DNA of 64,000 nt from Anaeromyxobacteraceae bacterium (GCA_032654565.1 JAULAX010000017.1:640001-704000), one strand, 5' to 3'; positions 31,264 through 44,642 are shown, counted from the first letter of the stretch. Program-made: numbers and translations. Notes: a model not told the origin generated them from the letters alone.

Positions 31264-32000
31264 GGGTGCGCCTCCTGCCCGGCCTGGGCCACCGCCGGCC
31301 TGGGCGCCTGTCGCAGGTCGGAGCGGACCAGCCCGTCGCGCATGGTGATGACCCGGGCCGCGTGGGCGGCGATGTCCGGCTCGTGGGTGACCAGGATGAC
31401 GGTGATGCCGGTGCTCGCCAGCTCCTGGAAGAGCGCCATGACGTCCTCGCTGGTGCGCGAGTCGAGGTTGCCGGTCGGCTCGTCGGCCAGCAGGAAGCGC
31501 GGCCGGTTGACCAGGGCCCTGGCGATGGCGACGCGCTGCTGCTGACCGCCCGACATCTGGTTGGGGTGGTGGTCGACGCGGTCGCCCAGCCCGACCCGCT
31601 CCAGCGACTCCCGGGCCCGGGCGTGGCGCTCGGCCCCCGGGACGTTGGAGTAGAGCAGCGGCAGCTCGACGTTCTCCAGCGCGCTGGTGCGCGAGAGCAG
31701 GTTGAAGCTCTGGAAGACGAAGCCGATGGTCCGGTTGCGGAGCGCCGCCAGCTGGTCGTTGTCGAGGCGGGAGATCTCCTGCCCCTCCAGCAGGTAGCGG
31801 CCGGAGGTGGGGCGGTCGAGGCAGCCCAGCAGGTTCATCATGGTCGACTTCCCCGACCCCGAGGCGCCCATGATGGCGGTGAACTCGCCGGGCAGCAGGT
31901 CGAGCGTCACGCCGGCCAGCGCGCGCAGCTCCACGTCGCCCATGCGGTAGACCTTGGTGATGTCCTCGAGGCGGACCAGCGGCTCGGCGGCCATGGTCAC
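31260..32000 (-). CDS. MacB-type ABC ATP-binding protein
   Basis: [33 protein letters not shown]. Confidence 0.92.
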   Translation of the reverse strand: MTMAAEPLVRLEDITKVYRMGDVELRALAGVTLDLLPGEFTAIMGASGSGKSTMMNLLGCLDRPTSGRYLLEGQEISRLDNDQLAALRNRTIGFVFQSFNLLSRTSALENVELPLLYSNVPGAERHARARESLERVGLGDRVDHHPNQMSGGQQQRVAIARALVNRPRFLLADEPTGNLDSRTSEDVMALFQELASTGITVILVTHEPDIAAHAARVITMRDGLVRSDLRQAPRPAVAQAGQEAHP

Positions 32001-32002
32001 TC

Positions 32003-33286
32003 CTAGAACGGCCGGCGCATGGCGGCGGCGAACCCGGACGGCGGGCCGACGGCGTCGACGATCACCTCGGCGCCGACCTCCAGCTCCCCCTCCAGCACCT
32101 CGGAGAAGCTGCCGTCGGAGATGCCGGTGCGGACCTTCACCGGCGTCGGGACCCCGCCCTTGAGCACCCAGACGGTGCGCCGGTCGAGCGTCTCCGGGCC
32201 GCGCGCCGACGGCTTGCCGCCGGGGCCGCCACCGGCGCCGCCCCCCTCGGGACGGCCGGCCGCGCCCTGCCCCTCGGGGCGGGGGCCGGTCCGGCCTCCA
32301 CCGCCGGCGTCCGGGAGCATGCCCGGCGGCGGCTTGAAGCGGAGCGCCGCGTTGGGGACCTTGAGGACGTCGGCCTTCTCGGCGTAGATGAAGGTGACGT
32401 TGGCGGTCATCCCCGGCTTGAGCTTCAGGTCGGGGTTGTCGACGTCGATGACGGCGTCGTAGGTGACCACGTTCTGCACGGTCTGGGGCGCGTTGCGGAC
32501 CTGGCGGACCAGCCCCTTGAAGGCCTCGGACGGATAGGCGTCGACGGTGAAGGTGGTCTCCATGCCGGCCTTGAGCCGCCCCACGTCGGCCTCGGCGACG
32601 CTGGTGTCGACCTGCATCTTGGCCAGGTCCTCGGCGATGACGAAGAGGGTCGGGGCCGAGAGCGAGGCGGCCACGGTCTGGCCCACGTCGACGCTCCGGG
32701 AGATGACCACCCCGTTGGTCGGGGAGCGGATGTCGGTGTAGGCGAGGTTGACCTCGGAGGAGTTGAGGGCGGCCCGGGTCTGGGCCACCTGCCCCTCGGC
32801 GGCGGCGACGCCGGCCGCCAGGGCGTCGGCGTTGGACTGGGCGGTGTCGGCGTCTGCCTGGGCGATCAGCTTCATCCCGGCCAGCGCCTTGGACCGGTCG
32901 GCCTGGCGCTGGGCGTCGACCGCCTGGGCCTTGGCCTTGGCCAGGTTCCCCAGCGCCGCGGCCAGGTTGGCGCGCTGCTGCTCGACGTTGGCCTGGAAGA
33001 GCTGGGGGTCGATCTTGGCGATGAGCTGCCCCTTCTTGACCGGCGAGTTGAAGTCGGCCCGCAGCTCGGCGATGCGGCCGGAGACCTGGCTGCCGACCTG
33101 CACGGTGACCAGCGCCGAGAGGGTCCCGCTGGCCGTCACCTTGGCGACGATGCGGCCGCGGTCCGCCTTGGCGGTCTCCATCTGCGTCTTGGGCTTGCTC
33201 GCGGTGTTGCCGCGCCAGGCCACCACGGCGACGACCAGGGCCGCGGCGGCGGCGGCGAGGAGGACATAGCGGAGACGCTTCGACAT
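32003..33286 (-). CDS. MacA-like periplasmic adaptor (membrane fusion protein)
   Basis: VQVGSQVSGRI, IRSPTNGVV, GQTVAASL, LKPGMTANV. Confidence 0.9.
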   Translation of the reverse strand: MSKRLRYVLLAAAAAALVVAVVAWRGNTASKPKTQMETAKADRGRIVAKVTASGTLSALVTVQVGSQVSGRIAELRADFNSPVKKGQLIAKIDPQLFQANVEQQRANLAAALGNLAKAKAQAVDAQRQADRSKALAGMKLIAQADADTAQSNADALAAGVAAAEGQVAQTRAALNSSEVNLAYTDIRSPTNGVVISRSVDVGQTVAASLSAPTLFVIAEDLAKMQVDTSVAEADVGRLKAGMETTFTVDAYPSEAFKGLVRQVRNAPQTVQNVVTYDAVIDVDNPDLKLKPGMTANVTFIYAEKADVLKVPNAALRFKPPPGMLPDAGGGGRTGPRPEGQGAAGRPEGGGAGGGPGGKPSARGPETLDRRTVWVLKGGVPTPVKVRTGISDGSFSEVLEGELEVGAEVIVDAVGPPSGFAAAMRRPF

Positions 33287-33360
33287 GGGTGGGGCTCCGG
33301 CGGGCAGGAGGTGCGCCGGCTTCATAACACCCGGGCGGGGGAAAGGTGTTCCCCTCCCGG

Positions 33361-34983
33361 CTAGACCCCCAGCTTCTTGAAGAAGTCGGTCCCCTTGTCG
33401 TCGACCAGGATGAAGGCCGGGAAGTTGACCACCTCGATCTTCCAGACCGCCTCCATGCCCAGCTCGGCGAAGTCGAGGACCTCCACCTTCTTGATGTTCT
33501 CCTCGGCCAGCACCGCGGCCGGGCCGCCGATGGAGCCGAGGTAGAAGCCCCCGTGCTTCTTGCAGGCGTCGGTGACCTGCTGGGAGCGGTTCCCCTTGGC
33601 GATCATCACCAGCGAGGCGCCGTGCGACTGGAGCAGGTCGACGTAGGAGTCCATGCGGCCGGCGGTGGTCGGGCCGAAGGAGCCGGAGGGCTTGCCCGGC
33701 GGCGTCTTGGCCGGGCCGGCGTAGTAGACCGGGTGGTCCTTGAGGTACTGCGGCACCCCCTTGCCGGCGTCGATCAGCTCCTTGAACCTGGCGTGGGCGA
33801 TGTCGCGGGCCACCACCAGCGTGCCGCTGAGCAGCAGCGGCGTGGAGACCGGGTGCCTGGTGAGCTCGGCCAGGATCTCCTTCATGGGCCGGTTGAGGTC
33901 GATCTTGACGCCGTGCTCGTGCTTGCCGGTCTTGAAGGCGGCGGGGATGAGCCGGCCCGGATCGTGGTCGAGGTCCTCGAGCCAGAGGCCATCCTTGTCG
34001 ATGCGGGCCTTGATGTTCCGGTCGGCCGAGCAGGAGACGCCCATGCCCACCGGGCAGGAGGCGCCGTGGCGCGGCAGCCGCACCACCCGCACGTCGTGGG
34101 AGAAGTACTTGCCGCCGAACTGGGCGCCGATGCCCAGCTTGTTGGCCGCCTCCTGGAGCTTCTGCTCCAGCTCCACGTCGCGGAAGGCCTGGCCGGTGGC
34201 GCCGCCGGCGGTGGGCAGGCCGTCGTAGTACTTGGTCGAGGCCAGCTTCACCGTCTTCAGGCAGGCCTCGGCCGAGGTGCCGCCGATGGCGATGGCGATG
34301 TGGTACGGCGGGCAGGCGGCGGTGCCCAGGTACTTCATCTTGTCGACGAGGAACTTCTCCAGGGTGGCCGGGTTGAGCAGCGCCTTGGTCTCCTGCCAGA
34401 GCATGGTCTTGTTGGCCGACCCGCCGCCCTTGGCCACGAAGAGGAACTTGTACTCGGCGCCGGGCGTGGCGTAGAGGTCGACCTGGGCCGGCAGGTTGTC
34501 GCCGGTGTTCTTCTCCTCGAACATGGTCAGGGCGCTGGTCTGGGAGTAGCGCAGGTTCTGGTTCTGGTAGGTCTCCCAGATCCCCTGGCTGATGAACTCC
34601 TCGTCCTTGACGCCGGTCCAGACCCCCTGCCCCTTCTTCCCCATCACCGTGGCGGTGCCGGTGTCCTGGCAGATGGGCAGCTCGCCGCGGGCGGCGATCT
34701 CGGCGTTGCGCAGGAAGGCCAGGGCCACGCCCTTGTCGTTCTGCGAGGCCTCCGGGTCGGAGAGGATCTTGGCCACCTGCTCGTTGTGCGCCTTGCGCAG
34801 GAAGAACTGGCACTCGCGCATGGCCTCGCGGGCCAGGGTGGTGAGCGCCGCCGGCGTCACCTTGAGGACCGGCTGCCCCTCGAAGGAGCCGATCGAGACC
34901 CCCTCGCGGCCGATGAGCCGGTAGGCGGTCTCGTCGTGCGCGAGCGGGAACGGGTCGGAGTACTTGAACGCGGGCGTCGCCAT
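33361..34983 (-). CDS. fumA: Class I (Fe-S) fumarate hydratase
   Basis: [39 protein letters not shown]. Confidence 0.93.
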   Translation of the reverse strand: MATPAFKYSDPFPLAHDETAYRLIGREGVSIGSFEGQPVLKVTPAALTTLAREAMRECQFFLRKAHNEQVAKILSDPEASQNDKGVALAFLRNAEIAARGELPICQDTGTATVMGKKGQGVWTGVKDEEFISQGIWETYQNQNLRYSQTSALTMFEEKNTGDNLPAQVDLYATPGAEYKFLFVAKGGGSANKTMLWQETKALLNPATLEKFLVDKMKYLGTAACPPYHIAIAIGGTSAEACLKTVKLASTKYYDGLPTAGGATGQAFRDVELEQKLQEAANKLGIGAQFGGKYFSHDVRVVRLPRHGASCPVGMGVSCSADRNIKARIDKDGLWLEDLDHDPGRLIPAAFKTGKHEHGVKIDLNRPMKEILAELTRHPVSTPLLLSGTLVVARDIAHARFKELIDAGKGVPQYLKDHPVYYAGPAKTPPGKPSGSFGPTTAGRMDSYVDLLQSHGASLVMIAKGNRSQQVTDACKKHGGFYLGSIGGPAAVLAEENIKKVEVLDFAELGMEAVWKIEVVNFPAFILVDDKGTDFFKKLGV

Positions 34984-35162
34984 GGCGGGCGTCTCCTCTT
35001 GGGGGTCGATGAGGTCCGGGTGCGGCTGCGGGACGGTGATGAAAGCACGCCGGCGCGCCGCCCGTCCACGCCTCCCTGAACGGTGAAACCGGAGCGGACA
35101 GGTCCAGTCTGCGCGGCGCCTTGTCGCTGGTAGGATGGGCGCTCCACATCCCACGAGGGCGC

Positions 35163-35486
35163 ATGGCCAAGCCGAAGATCGACGAGCTGGTGAAGGGCAC
35201 GGGACCGGAGGCGATCCGCGGCAAGACGGTGAGCGTCCACTACACCGGCTGGCTCACCGACGGGACGAAGTTCGACTCCTCGGTGGGTGGCGAGCCCTTC
35301 TCCTTCAGGCTGGGGGCCGGCGAGGTGATCGAGGGCTGGGACCGCGGCGTGGCCGGCATGAAGGTGGGCGGGAAGCGCAAGCTGACGCTGGCGCCGGAGC
35401 TGGGCTACGGGGCCGCCGGCGCGCCGCCGGACATCCCGCCCAACGCCACGCTGGTGTTCGAGGTGGAGCTGCTCGGCGTCACCTGA
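35163..35486 (+). CDS. FKBP-type peptidyl-prolyl isomerase
   Basis: [33 protein letters not shown]. Confidence 0.93.
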   Translation: MAKPKIDELVKGTGPEAIRGKTVSVHYTGWLTDGTKFDSSVGGEPFSFRLGAGEVIEGWDRGVAGMKVGGKRKLTLAPELGYGAAGAPPDIPPNATLVFEVELLGVT

Positions 35487-35689
35487 GCGCCCGGGGAGCG
35501 CCCGCCTGGCCTCGGCTGCTGGCCGCGTGACCGGCGGGTGGGACCAGCACGCACACCGCCCGCCATCACCCTCTCACCGGGAGTCACTCGAACGTGGGCT
35601 TCCGCTGGCCGGCGCGAAGGTGGAGGCTTCGACCCGGCTGTATTCGCGAGGAGCGCGCTCCGCGCCCCTCCTCGGCCCCAGGGGTCCTC

Positions 35690-36400
35690 ATGAAGATCGC
35701 TGCCCTCCTCCTCGCCACGGCGCTGGTGCCGTTCACCGCCGTCGCCCAGGCCGTCGCTCCGGACCTCGCCGGGCCGCCACCTTCCGCGCCGGCGCCCGCC
35801 GCTGCCCCCCCGGCCGTCCAGCCGCCCGCCCCGCCTCCCGCTCCCCCTCCGCCTGCACCCACGGTGGCCACGCCCGCCCCGCCGGTCCCGCCGGCACCGG
35901 CCGCTCGGCCCCGGAGCAACTTCTACGGAGGGTTCTCCTTCGGGACCGGGCAAGGGAACGTCACCGCCAACGGCACCACCACCGCGGTCAGCGACCTCGT
36001 CCCCGGCTCGTCGCCCACCACCCTGGCCCTGATGCTCCGCGGCGGCATGGTGAGCGACGACCTGCGCTACGGGATGCAGCTCAACCTGGTGCGGAGCCAG
36101 TGGAGCTCCGGCGGCGTCACCTCGGCGATGCAGCTCACCGGCTTCGACCTGGTGATGACCTGGATGCCCCGGGACGGCGGGGTCTACCTGCGCCTCGGCG
36201 TCGGCCCGGCCAAGCTCAGCTTCGAGGGCAGCGGCTCGACCACCGAGTCCTACGGCGGGGTCGAGGCGATGTTCGGGCTCGGGCTCAGCAGCGGCGGGTT
36301 CGGCGTGGGGATCGACTACATCCGCCAGACCTACGACAACGGGGCGCCCATCGACAGCGCCGCCTACTTCCTCGCCATCCTCTCGTTCGACCTGGACTGA
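35690..36400 (+). CDS. Exported protein with Pro/Ala-rich linker and small beta-barrel-like domain
   Basis: Signal peptide, poly-Pro/Ala segment, alternating strands (YLRLGVGPA, FGVGIDY). Confidence 0.6.
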   Translation: MKIAALLLATALVPFTAVAQAVAPDLAGPPPSAPAPAAAPPAVQPPAPPPAPPPPAPTVATPAPPVPPAPAARPRSNFYGGFSFGTGQGNVTANGTTTAVSDLVPGSSPTTLALMLRGGMVSDDLRYGMQLNLVRSQWSSGGVTSAMQLTGFDLVMTWMPRDGGVYLRLGVGPAKLSFEGSGSTTESYGGVEAMFGLGLSSGGFGVGIDYIRQTYDNGAPIDSAAYFLAILSFDLD

Positions 36401-36535
36401 AGGCGCCGCCGGGATCGCGCGGCGGAGGACCTGACCGCCGACTTGAGGCGCTGAACCGCTGGGCCAGGACTGGAAATGGAGCGCCCGCTACCCGGAGATG
36501 GGAATGCGGGCCGCCTCAGATGTAGGAGACGCTTT

Positions 36536-36580
36536 CGAGTCTTGCGTCGGGGCTGCTAGAAGCCAGCCCCGACGCGATTA
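36536..36580 (-). repeat. Stop-codon-anchored palindromic element, copy 3
   Basis: Minus strand TAATCGCGTCGGGGCTG-GCTTCTAG-CAGCCCCGACGCAAGACTCG; begins at the pepD TAA. Confidence 0.85.
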
Positions 36581-38026
36581 AATCTTCTCCAGGATGGCCC
36601 GGAGCAGCTTCCAGAAGTTGGCCACCGAGGGGATGGAGACGTGCTCGTCGGGGGTGTGGACGTCCCACATGTTGGGGCCGATGGAGGCCATCTCCACCGC
36701 GGCGTAGTTCTCGCGGATCAGGCCGCACTCCAGCCCGGCGTGGATGGCCTTGACCTCCATGGCCTTGCCGAACACCTCGGCGTGGACCTGCTGGATGAGC
36801 TTGACCACGCCGGAGCCCGGCTCCGGCTTCCAGCCCGGGTAGCCGTTGGAGTCGCGGGCCTCGAAGCCGCAGATGGCGGCGATGGCGCCGATGCGGGCGG
36901 CCAGCGCGTACTTGGAGGCGTCGATGGAGCTCCTCGAGAGGAAGTTCACCTCCACCTCGCCGGCCCGGGTCTCGACCAGCCCCATGTTGGTGGAGGTCTG
37001 CACCAGCCCCTTGATGTCCGGGCTCATGGCCTCGACGCCGTGCGGCCCGGCCAGCAGCAGCCCGACCACGGCGCGGGCGTCGGCGGCCGACATGGCCCAC
37101 TCGGCGCTCCCCGCCTCGATGGAGAGGGCCACGCCGGGGTCGAAGGCGCCGAAGGCGGCCTTCCACTCGGCGTCCAGGCGGGCCACGTCGGCCTTGAGGC
37201 CGGCCTCGTCGCGCGGGTCGGCGAAGAAGACCGCCGAGGCCTCGCGGGCGATGGCGTTGCGCTTGTTGCCGCCGGTCACCGAGGCCAGCCCCAGCGGGTA
37301 GCGGGCCATGAGCCGGTCCAGCGCCTGGGCCAGCAGCCGCAGCGAGTTGGCCCGCCCGGCGCCGATGTCGATGCCGGAGTGGCCGCCCTTGCAGCCCGAG
37401 ACCTTGAGCCGCAGCGAGGTGGTGCCGGCCCGCGGCGCCGCGGGTGAGAGCCGGCGGGTGCAGGTGGTGTCGATGCCGCCGGCGCAGCCGATGGTCAGCT
37501 CCCCCTCCTCCTCGCTGTCGAGGTTGATCATCATCGAGGCCTTGAACCAGCCGCCGGCCAGCCCCTTGGCGCCGGTCATGCCGGTCTCCTCGTCGATGGT
37601 GACCAGCACCTCGAGCGGCCCGTGCTTCAGGTCGGGGTCGGCCAGCACCGCCAGCGCCGTGGCCACGCCGATGCCGTTGTCGGCCCCCAGGGTGGTGCCG
37701 GTGGCCCGCAGCACGTCCCCGTCGCGGCGGACCTTGATGGCGTCCTTGGAGAAGTCGTGGGCCGTCCCCTCGTTCTTCTCGCAGACCATGTCGACGTGGG
37801 CCTGCAGCACCACGGCGGGGTGCCCCTCGCGGCCCGGCGAGGCGGCCTTGCGGATGAGGATGTTGCCCACCTTGTCCTGCTCCACCTGGCAGCCCAGCGC
37901 CTTGGCCTGGGCCATCACCCAGGCGGCGGCGGCCGCCTCCTGCTTGGAGGCGCGGGGAATCTTCGAGAGCTCGAGGAAGTACCGCCACAGGGGCTTGGGC
38001 TCGAGGTTGGCGAGGAGATCGGTCAC
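36578..38026 (-). CDS. pepD: Aminoacyl-histidine dipeptidase (M20 family)
   Basis: LQAHVDMVCEK, TTLGADNGIG, DEETGM, NLDSEE, GGHSG, IHAGLECG. Confidence 0.92.
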   Translation of the reverse strand: MTDLLANLEPKPLWRYFLELSKIPRASKQEAAAAAWVMAQAKALGCQVEQDKVGNILIRKAASPGREGHPAVVLQAHVDMVCEKNEGTAHDFSKDAIKVRRDGDVLRATGTTLGADNGIGVATALAVLADPDLKHGPLEVLVTIDEETGMTGAKGLAGGWFKASMMINLDSEEEGELTIGCAGGIDTTCTRRLSPAAPRAGTTSLRLKVSGCKGGHSGIDIGAGRANSLRLLAQALDRLMARYPLGLASVTGGNKRNAIAREASAVFFADPRDEAGLKADVARLDAEWKAAFGAFDPGVALSIEAGSAEWAMSAADARAVVGLLLAGPHGVEAMSPDIKGLVQTSTNMGLVETRAGEVEVNFLSRSSIDASKYALAARIGAIAAICGFEARDSNGYPGWKPEPGSGVVKLIQQVHAEVFGKAMEVKAIHAGLECGLIRENYAAVEMASIGPNMWDVHTPDEHVSIPSVANFWKLLRAILEKI

Positions 38027-38066
38027 GTGCGGCCTCCGGCGGAGCGGAACGGCGTGGAAGGGGCGA

Positions 38067-39539
38067 CTACTTGACGGGGACGGCCGGGAGCGGCGCCGGG
38101 ACCGGGTCGCCGGCGGGGGCCGCCGCGGTCTTCTTCACCGCCAGCAGCAGGAAGGTGTCGCTGGGGCGGCGGTACCCGATGATGAAGGGGAGCGGCTTGA
38201 GGGGCAGCTCGGCGCAGGCCTTGTCGAGGTCCTTCTGGTACTGCTTCTCGAAGGGATCGCGCGGCGCCATGTACTTGCCGAAGCAGGTGAAGTCCCACTC
38301 CCCCTTGCCGAAGGCGCGGTAGGGGATCCCCGAGTCGTCCTCGATCACCGCGGCGCTGGCCTCGAGCAGCAGGGCCCGCGGCCGGGAGAAGGCGTTGTCG
38401 TGGAGGATGAAGGAGGCGGCCTTGAGGAAGCTGTTGGCCGGGCCGAAGGAGCGGGCCCAGGCGAGGAAGCCGGGCTGCTTGTCCAGCTCGTCGTTGATCA
38501 GGTTGACGCGCACGTAGACCATCTCCTGTGACGCCTTCCCGGCGAAGTGGAACCTCACCTTCACGCCCGGGACGCCCGGGCCCCACTTCTGCCCGGCCGC
38601 CTTCTCGACGGCCACGCCCTTCTGGTCCACCTCGAAGAAGCCGGTGGCGTCGATGGTGGCGCCGGAGCGGGAGAGCATCAGGTAGAGCTCGGGCAGCACG
38701 CCCTTGATCCCGTGCCCCTGCAGGTCCTTCCCCATCTCGGTGGTGCGGAAGAAGCTCTTGGCCACGAAGGTGCGCAGGCTGTTGGAGAGGCCGTCGATGG
38801 CGGCGTGGATCTGGCCGAACTTCATCTTCTCCGGCGCCTCGACCACCCCGACCGGCTCCAGGCCGGCCAGCAGGTAGACCGGCGCCTCGGGGAACAGCCG
38901 GACGGCGTGGACGGCGTCGGGGCCGCCGAAGAAGTAGATGAGGTTGCGGTTGCCCTGGAGGCGCGGGGCCAGCTCGGCCTGCTGCCAGGCGGTGGCCCGG
39001 TCGAGCCGGTCGCTCAGCTTCTTCCACTCCACGTTCATGAGGTTGACGTGGTCCCGGTAGTCGGAGGTGGCCTGCCAGGCGGCCAGCGGCGAGCCGGCCG
39101 AGACCGGCAGGCCGGCCAGGAACCTGGCCTGGTCGTCGAGCGTCGAGTCGGTCGCCGGGGCGGCGGCCACGGTCGTGGCCGGCGCCGCCGGTGCGCCGGG
39201 GATCGCCACGTGGGGCGCTGCCGGGGCGGTGATCGCGGCCGGTGGCTCGGCCGGGGCCGTGGCCGGGGCCTGGGCCGCGACCGGGGCCGGGGTCACCGCC
39301 GGGGTCACCGCCGGGGTCACCGCCGGGGTCACCGCCGGGGTCACCGCCGGGGTCACCGCCGGGGCCGGCGCCGCGGCCGGTGCAGGGACGGCCAGCGGGG
39401 CCGGGGCCGGAGTCGCGGCGGGCGAAACCGCCGCGACGACGGCCGCGGGCGCCGGATCGGCGGCCGAGGCGGAGAGGGCCATCAGGCCGGCGAGGAGCGC
39501 GCCGAGGAGGCGCGAGGGGGTGGTGACCGGCTGGGGCAT
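38067..39539 (-). CDS. Exported hypothetical protein with Pro/Ala/Thr-rich repeat stalk
   Basis: Signal peptide; (AVTP)x6; globular domain with YFFGGPD, GLEPVG, SFFRT, FLKAASFILH. Confidence 0.7.
   Translation of the reverse strand: MPQPVTTPSRLLGALLAGLMALSASAADPAPAAVVAAVSPAATPAPAPLAVPAPAAAPAPAVTPAVTPAVTPAVTPAVTPAVTPAPVAAQAPATAPAEPPAAITAPAAPHVAIPGAPAAPATTVAAAPATDSTLDDQARFLAGLPVSAGSPLAAWQATSDYRDHVNLMNVEWKKLSDRLDRATAWQQAELAPRLQGNRNLIYFFGGPDAVHAVRLFPEAPVYLLAGLEPVGVVEAPEKMKFGQIHAAIDGLSNSLRTFVAKSFFRTTEMGKDLQGHGIKGVLPELYLMLSRSGATIDATGFFEVDQKGVAVEKAAGQKWGPGVPGVKVRFHFAGKASQEMVYVRVNLINDELDKQPGFLAWARSFGPANSFLKAASFILHDNAFSRPRALLLEASAAVIEDDSGIPYRAFGKGEWDFTCFGKYMAPRDPFEKQYQKDLDKACAELPLKPLPFIIGYRRPSDTFLLLAVKKTAAAPAGDPVPAPLPAVPVK
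39286..39357. repeat. Perfect 12-bp tandem repeat (GCCGGGGTCACC) x6 inside CDS
   Basis: Read directly; encodes repeated VTPA on the minus strand. Confidence 0.9.
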
Positions 39540-39657
39540 GTCGTCGATTCTCCGGGACGCCGGCGGGGGGGCGGGCGTGGTGGTTTTGAGGCGGCGCACC
39601 ATACAACATCCGGCGAACATTGCGATTCCGCGAAAGAGGGAGGGCCGTCGGGGGTCG

Positions 39658-41101
39658 TCAGCGCCCCGCCGCCGAAGCCCGGACCGCCCAGGCGTCGATG
39701 GCCGCCCCCAGCCGGGCCAGCCGCTGGCTGGCGCAGACCGACACCTCGTCGCAGGGGTGGCGCGGTGACGCCGCCCGCTCCGGGTCGACCCAGCGGGTCC
39801 CGGCGCTGGAGATCATGGCGACCACGTAACGCCGGTAGGGCTTGCCCGGCAGCGGCTCCACCAGCCCGGCGTCGGCGGCGTAGTTCCAGGTCAAGCCGGT
39901 CTTGTGGAGGAAGCGCACCTCGGCGGCGGCGTTGCACGGCCGCACGTCGCGCCCGTACTCGGTCTCTCCGACCACCTCGCCGCCGGTCTCGACGTCGAGG
40001 AAGTGGACCGGGACCGCCGCCGGGATGCCGGCCGACGCCGCCCCGCAGGTCGACCCGGTGGAGAGGATCTCGTGGCGCCCCTGGTAGGCCAGCACGCGCT
40101 TCAGCCTGGCCCGGGCCGACTCGGGCAGGGTCTCGCGCACCACCGCCCGCCCCGCCGGCGTGCGCCAGAGCACCCCGGGCCCCCCGGCCACCAGCCAGAG
40201 CAGCCGCGCCATGTCCATGGCGGTGGCGTGGATCTCCCCGGGCGCCCAGCGGGTGCCGTCGGCCGGCAGCGTCCCGTCGATGCGCAGCGTCGAGAGCCCC
40301 AGGCCGGCCAGCTCGGCGTGCAGCAGGTCCATCTCGCCGCGGACGTGGAGGAAGCGCAGCAGCGCCTTGGTGGCCCGGTTGTCCGACTCGGTGACCATCA
40401 GCTCCAGCCACTCGTCCACGGTGCGCCACTCGGCCCCGGGGGCGGGCCCCTCCGGCACCTCCGCGGAGAGCGCGATCGCGCCCAGCGCCGACTGCCGCTC
40501 GATGTGGAAGGCCAGCATCAGCTTGAAGAGGCTGGCCGGGTACGGGGCCATGAAGTCGCGGCCGGCGCCCCCCCGATCCGGGGCCAGGTCATCACCATCC
40601 GTGAATGGCGGGGCGCGCGGGCCCAGGTCGGCCCGCTCCGGGCTCCAGCGGCGGAAGCGCACGTCGGCGGCGGCCAGGTTGGCGTCGAGCAGCACCACCC
40701 GCCCCCGCGGCGAGCCCCAGTCCACCTGCACGTTGGCCGCCTCGAGCGCCCGCCCCTGCTCGTCGAGCCGGATCACCGCCAGGTCGAGCCAGGGCGGGAC
40801 GGCGGCCCGGCGCAGCGGGATGGGGCAGCCGCGCCCCCCGGGGCAGCGCCCCTCCTCCGGCCCGGCGTCGACCAGCTCGTCGAGCCCGGCCTCGTCGAGG
40901 GTGAGCAGCAGCGCCTCGGCCAGCGTGGTGGGCGGGGGGCGGGGGGCCGTGGCGGACGCCTTCACCGGCGCCTTCACCGGCGCCTTGGGCCGGAGCCCTC
41001 CCCGGGACCCTGGCGGGCGCCGCGGCGCTCCCCTTCACCGGCGGGGACGGTGCCGGCCCGGTCACCGCCAGGGCGAGCGCGAGGCAGAGGCTGGCGCTCA
41101 C
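39658..41101 (-). pseudogene. Serine hydrolase (class A beta-lactamase-like fold) with apparent 1-bp frameshift after the signal peptide
   Basis: Catalytic frame has SLFK, SDN and HKTG; signal peptide (VSASLCLALALAVTG, GTG 41101) lies in another frame; removing one base at ~40988 joins them. Could be a sequencing error. Confidence 0.6.
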
Positions 41102-41108
41102 CGGTCGG

Positions 41109-41594
41109 TCACCCCTTCAGCAGCTTCTCGATGTCGGCCTCGAGCTTCTCGGGCGCGGTGGCCGGGGCGAAGCGGTCCACCACCCGCCCCTCCCGATCGA
41201 CGAGGAACTTGGTGAAGTTCCACTTGATGGCCTGCCCCAGCAGCCCGGGCGCCGCCTTCTTGAGGTGGACGAAGACCGGGTGGGTCCCGTCGCCGTTGAC
41301 CTCGACCTTCTTGAAGAGCGGGAAGGTGACGCCGAAGTTGCGCTCGCAGAAGGTGGCGATCTCGGCGTCGTCGCCGGGCTCCTGGTGGCCGAACTGGTCG
41401 CAGGGGAAGCCGAGGATCTCCAGCCCCTCGGCGCGGTGGCGCTGGTAGAGCGCCTGCAGCCCCTGGTACTGGGGCGTGAACCCGCACTGGCTGGCGGTGT
41501 TGACCACCAGCAGCACCTTCCCCTTGTAGGCGGAGAACGGCTGCTCCTTCCCGTCGTTGCGGGTGGCGGTCAGGTCGTGGATGGTCTCGGGCAT
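41109..41594 (-). CDS. Glutathione peroxidase family (Cys type)
   Basis: VNTASQCGFT, GFPCDQFGHQEP, IKWNFTKFLVD. Confidence 0.93.
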   Translation of the reverse strand: MPETIHDLTATRNDGKEQPFSAYKGKVLLVVNTASQCGFTPQYQGLQALYQRHRAEGLEILGFPCDQFGHQEPGDDAEIATFCERNFGVTFPLFKKVEVNGDGTHPVFVHLKKAAPGLLGQAIKWNFTKFLVDREGRVVDRFAPATAPEKLEADIEKLLKG

Positions 41595-41694
41595 GTGGGC
41601 GGCTCCTTGGGCAAGGTCCTAACCGCCGGCGGCGCGCCGCGCCATGGGCCAGCCGGGGCGTGCGGCGGCGGGCCGGGCGACGGGGCGGGGCCGG

Positions 41695-42141
41695 CTAGCC
41701 CGGCGGCAGCAGCACCTTGTGCATGCGCACGTGGGGGACGCCCTCCTCCTTGAAGACCTCCCCCTCCTGCTGGTAGCCGCGCCGCTCGAAGAACTTCACC
41801 GAGGGGAGCTGGGCGTGGAGCACCACCTCGAGGATGCCGCGCAGCACCGCCATCCGCTCCAGCGCGTCGATCACCAGGGCGCCGACGCCGTGGCGCCGGT
41901 GGCCGGCCGCCACCGCCATGCGCCCCACCTGGACCACCCGGTTGTCGCGCCGCACGAAGCGGCCGGTCCCCACGCAGCGCCCCTGCTCGTCGAAGGCGAC
42001 CACGTGGTTGGCCTGGTGATCGAGGGCGTCGCGGTCGAGCGGGCGCGGGACGTTCTGCTCCACCTCGAAGACCTCGCGCCGGAGCGCGTAGGCCGCCTCC
42101 CGATCGGCCTCGGAGGACGCGTAGCGGACGGAGTAGGTCAT
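41695..42141 (-). CDS. GNAT N-acetyltransferase (YjcF/ElaA-like)
   Basis: LRREVFEVEQ, GRMAV...RRHGVG, LHAQ, GVPHVRM. Confidence 0.85.
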   Translation of the reverse strand: MTYSVRYASSEADREAAYALRREVFEVEQNVPRPLDRDALDHQANHVVAFDEQGRCVGTGRFVRRDNRVVQVGRMAVAAGHRRHGVGALVIDALERMAVLRGILEVVLHAQLPSVKFFERRGYQQEGEVFKEEGVPHVRMHKVLLPPG

Positions 42142-42251
42142 GCCCCATTCCTAGCCGAACCGGCCCCCCCGGCGCCACTCGGCGGCCGCGCCCCGGGGCC
42201 GGGCCGGGCGGGAGGTTGCCTGCGGGCGGGGTCTACGCTACCACCGCGGGC

Positions 42252-44564
<2,313 letters not shown>

Positions 44565-44642
44565 GAGCGGCTCGCACCCACCCCCCGGTCCCGGCGGGGC
44601 CTCCCCCTCCCCGGCGAGGTGCGGTGTGGTAGGGGTCGGGAG

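Noticed and set aside
39286..39357. CRISPR array
   Set aside because: Head-to-tail 12-bp units with no spacers, in frame within a CDS, and no cas genes
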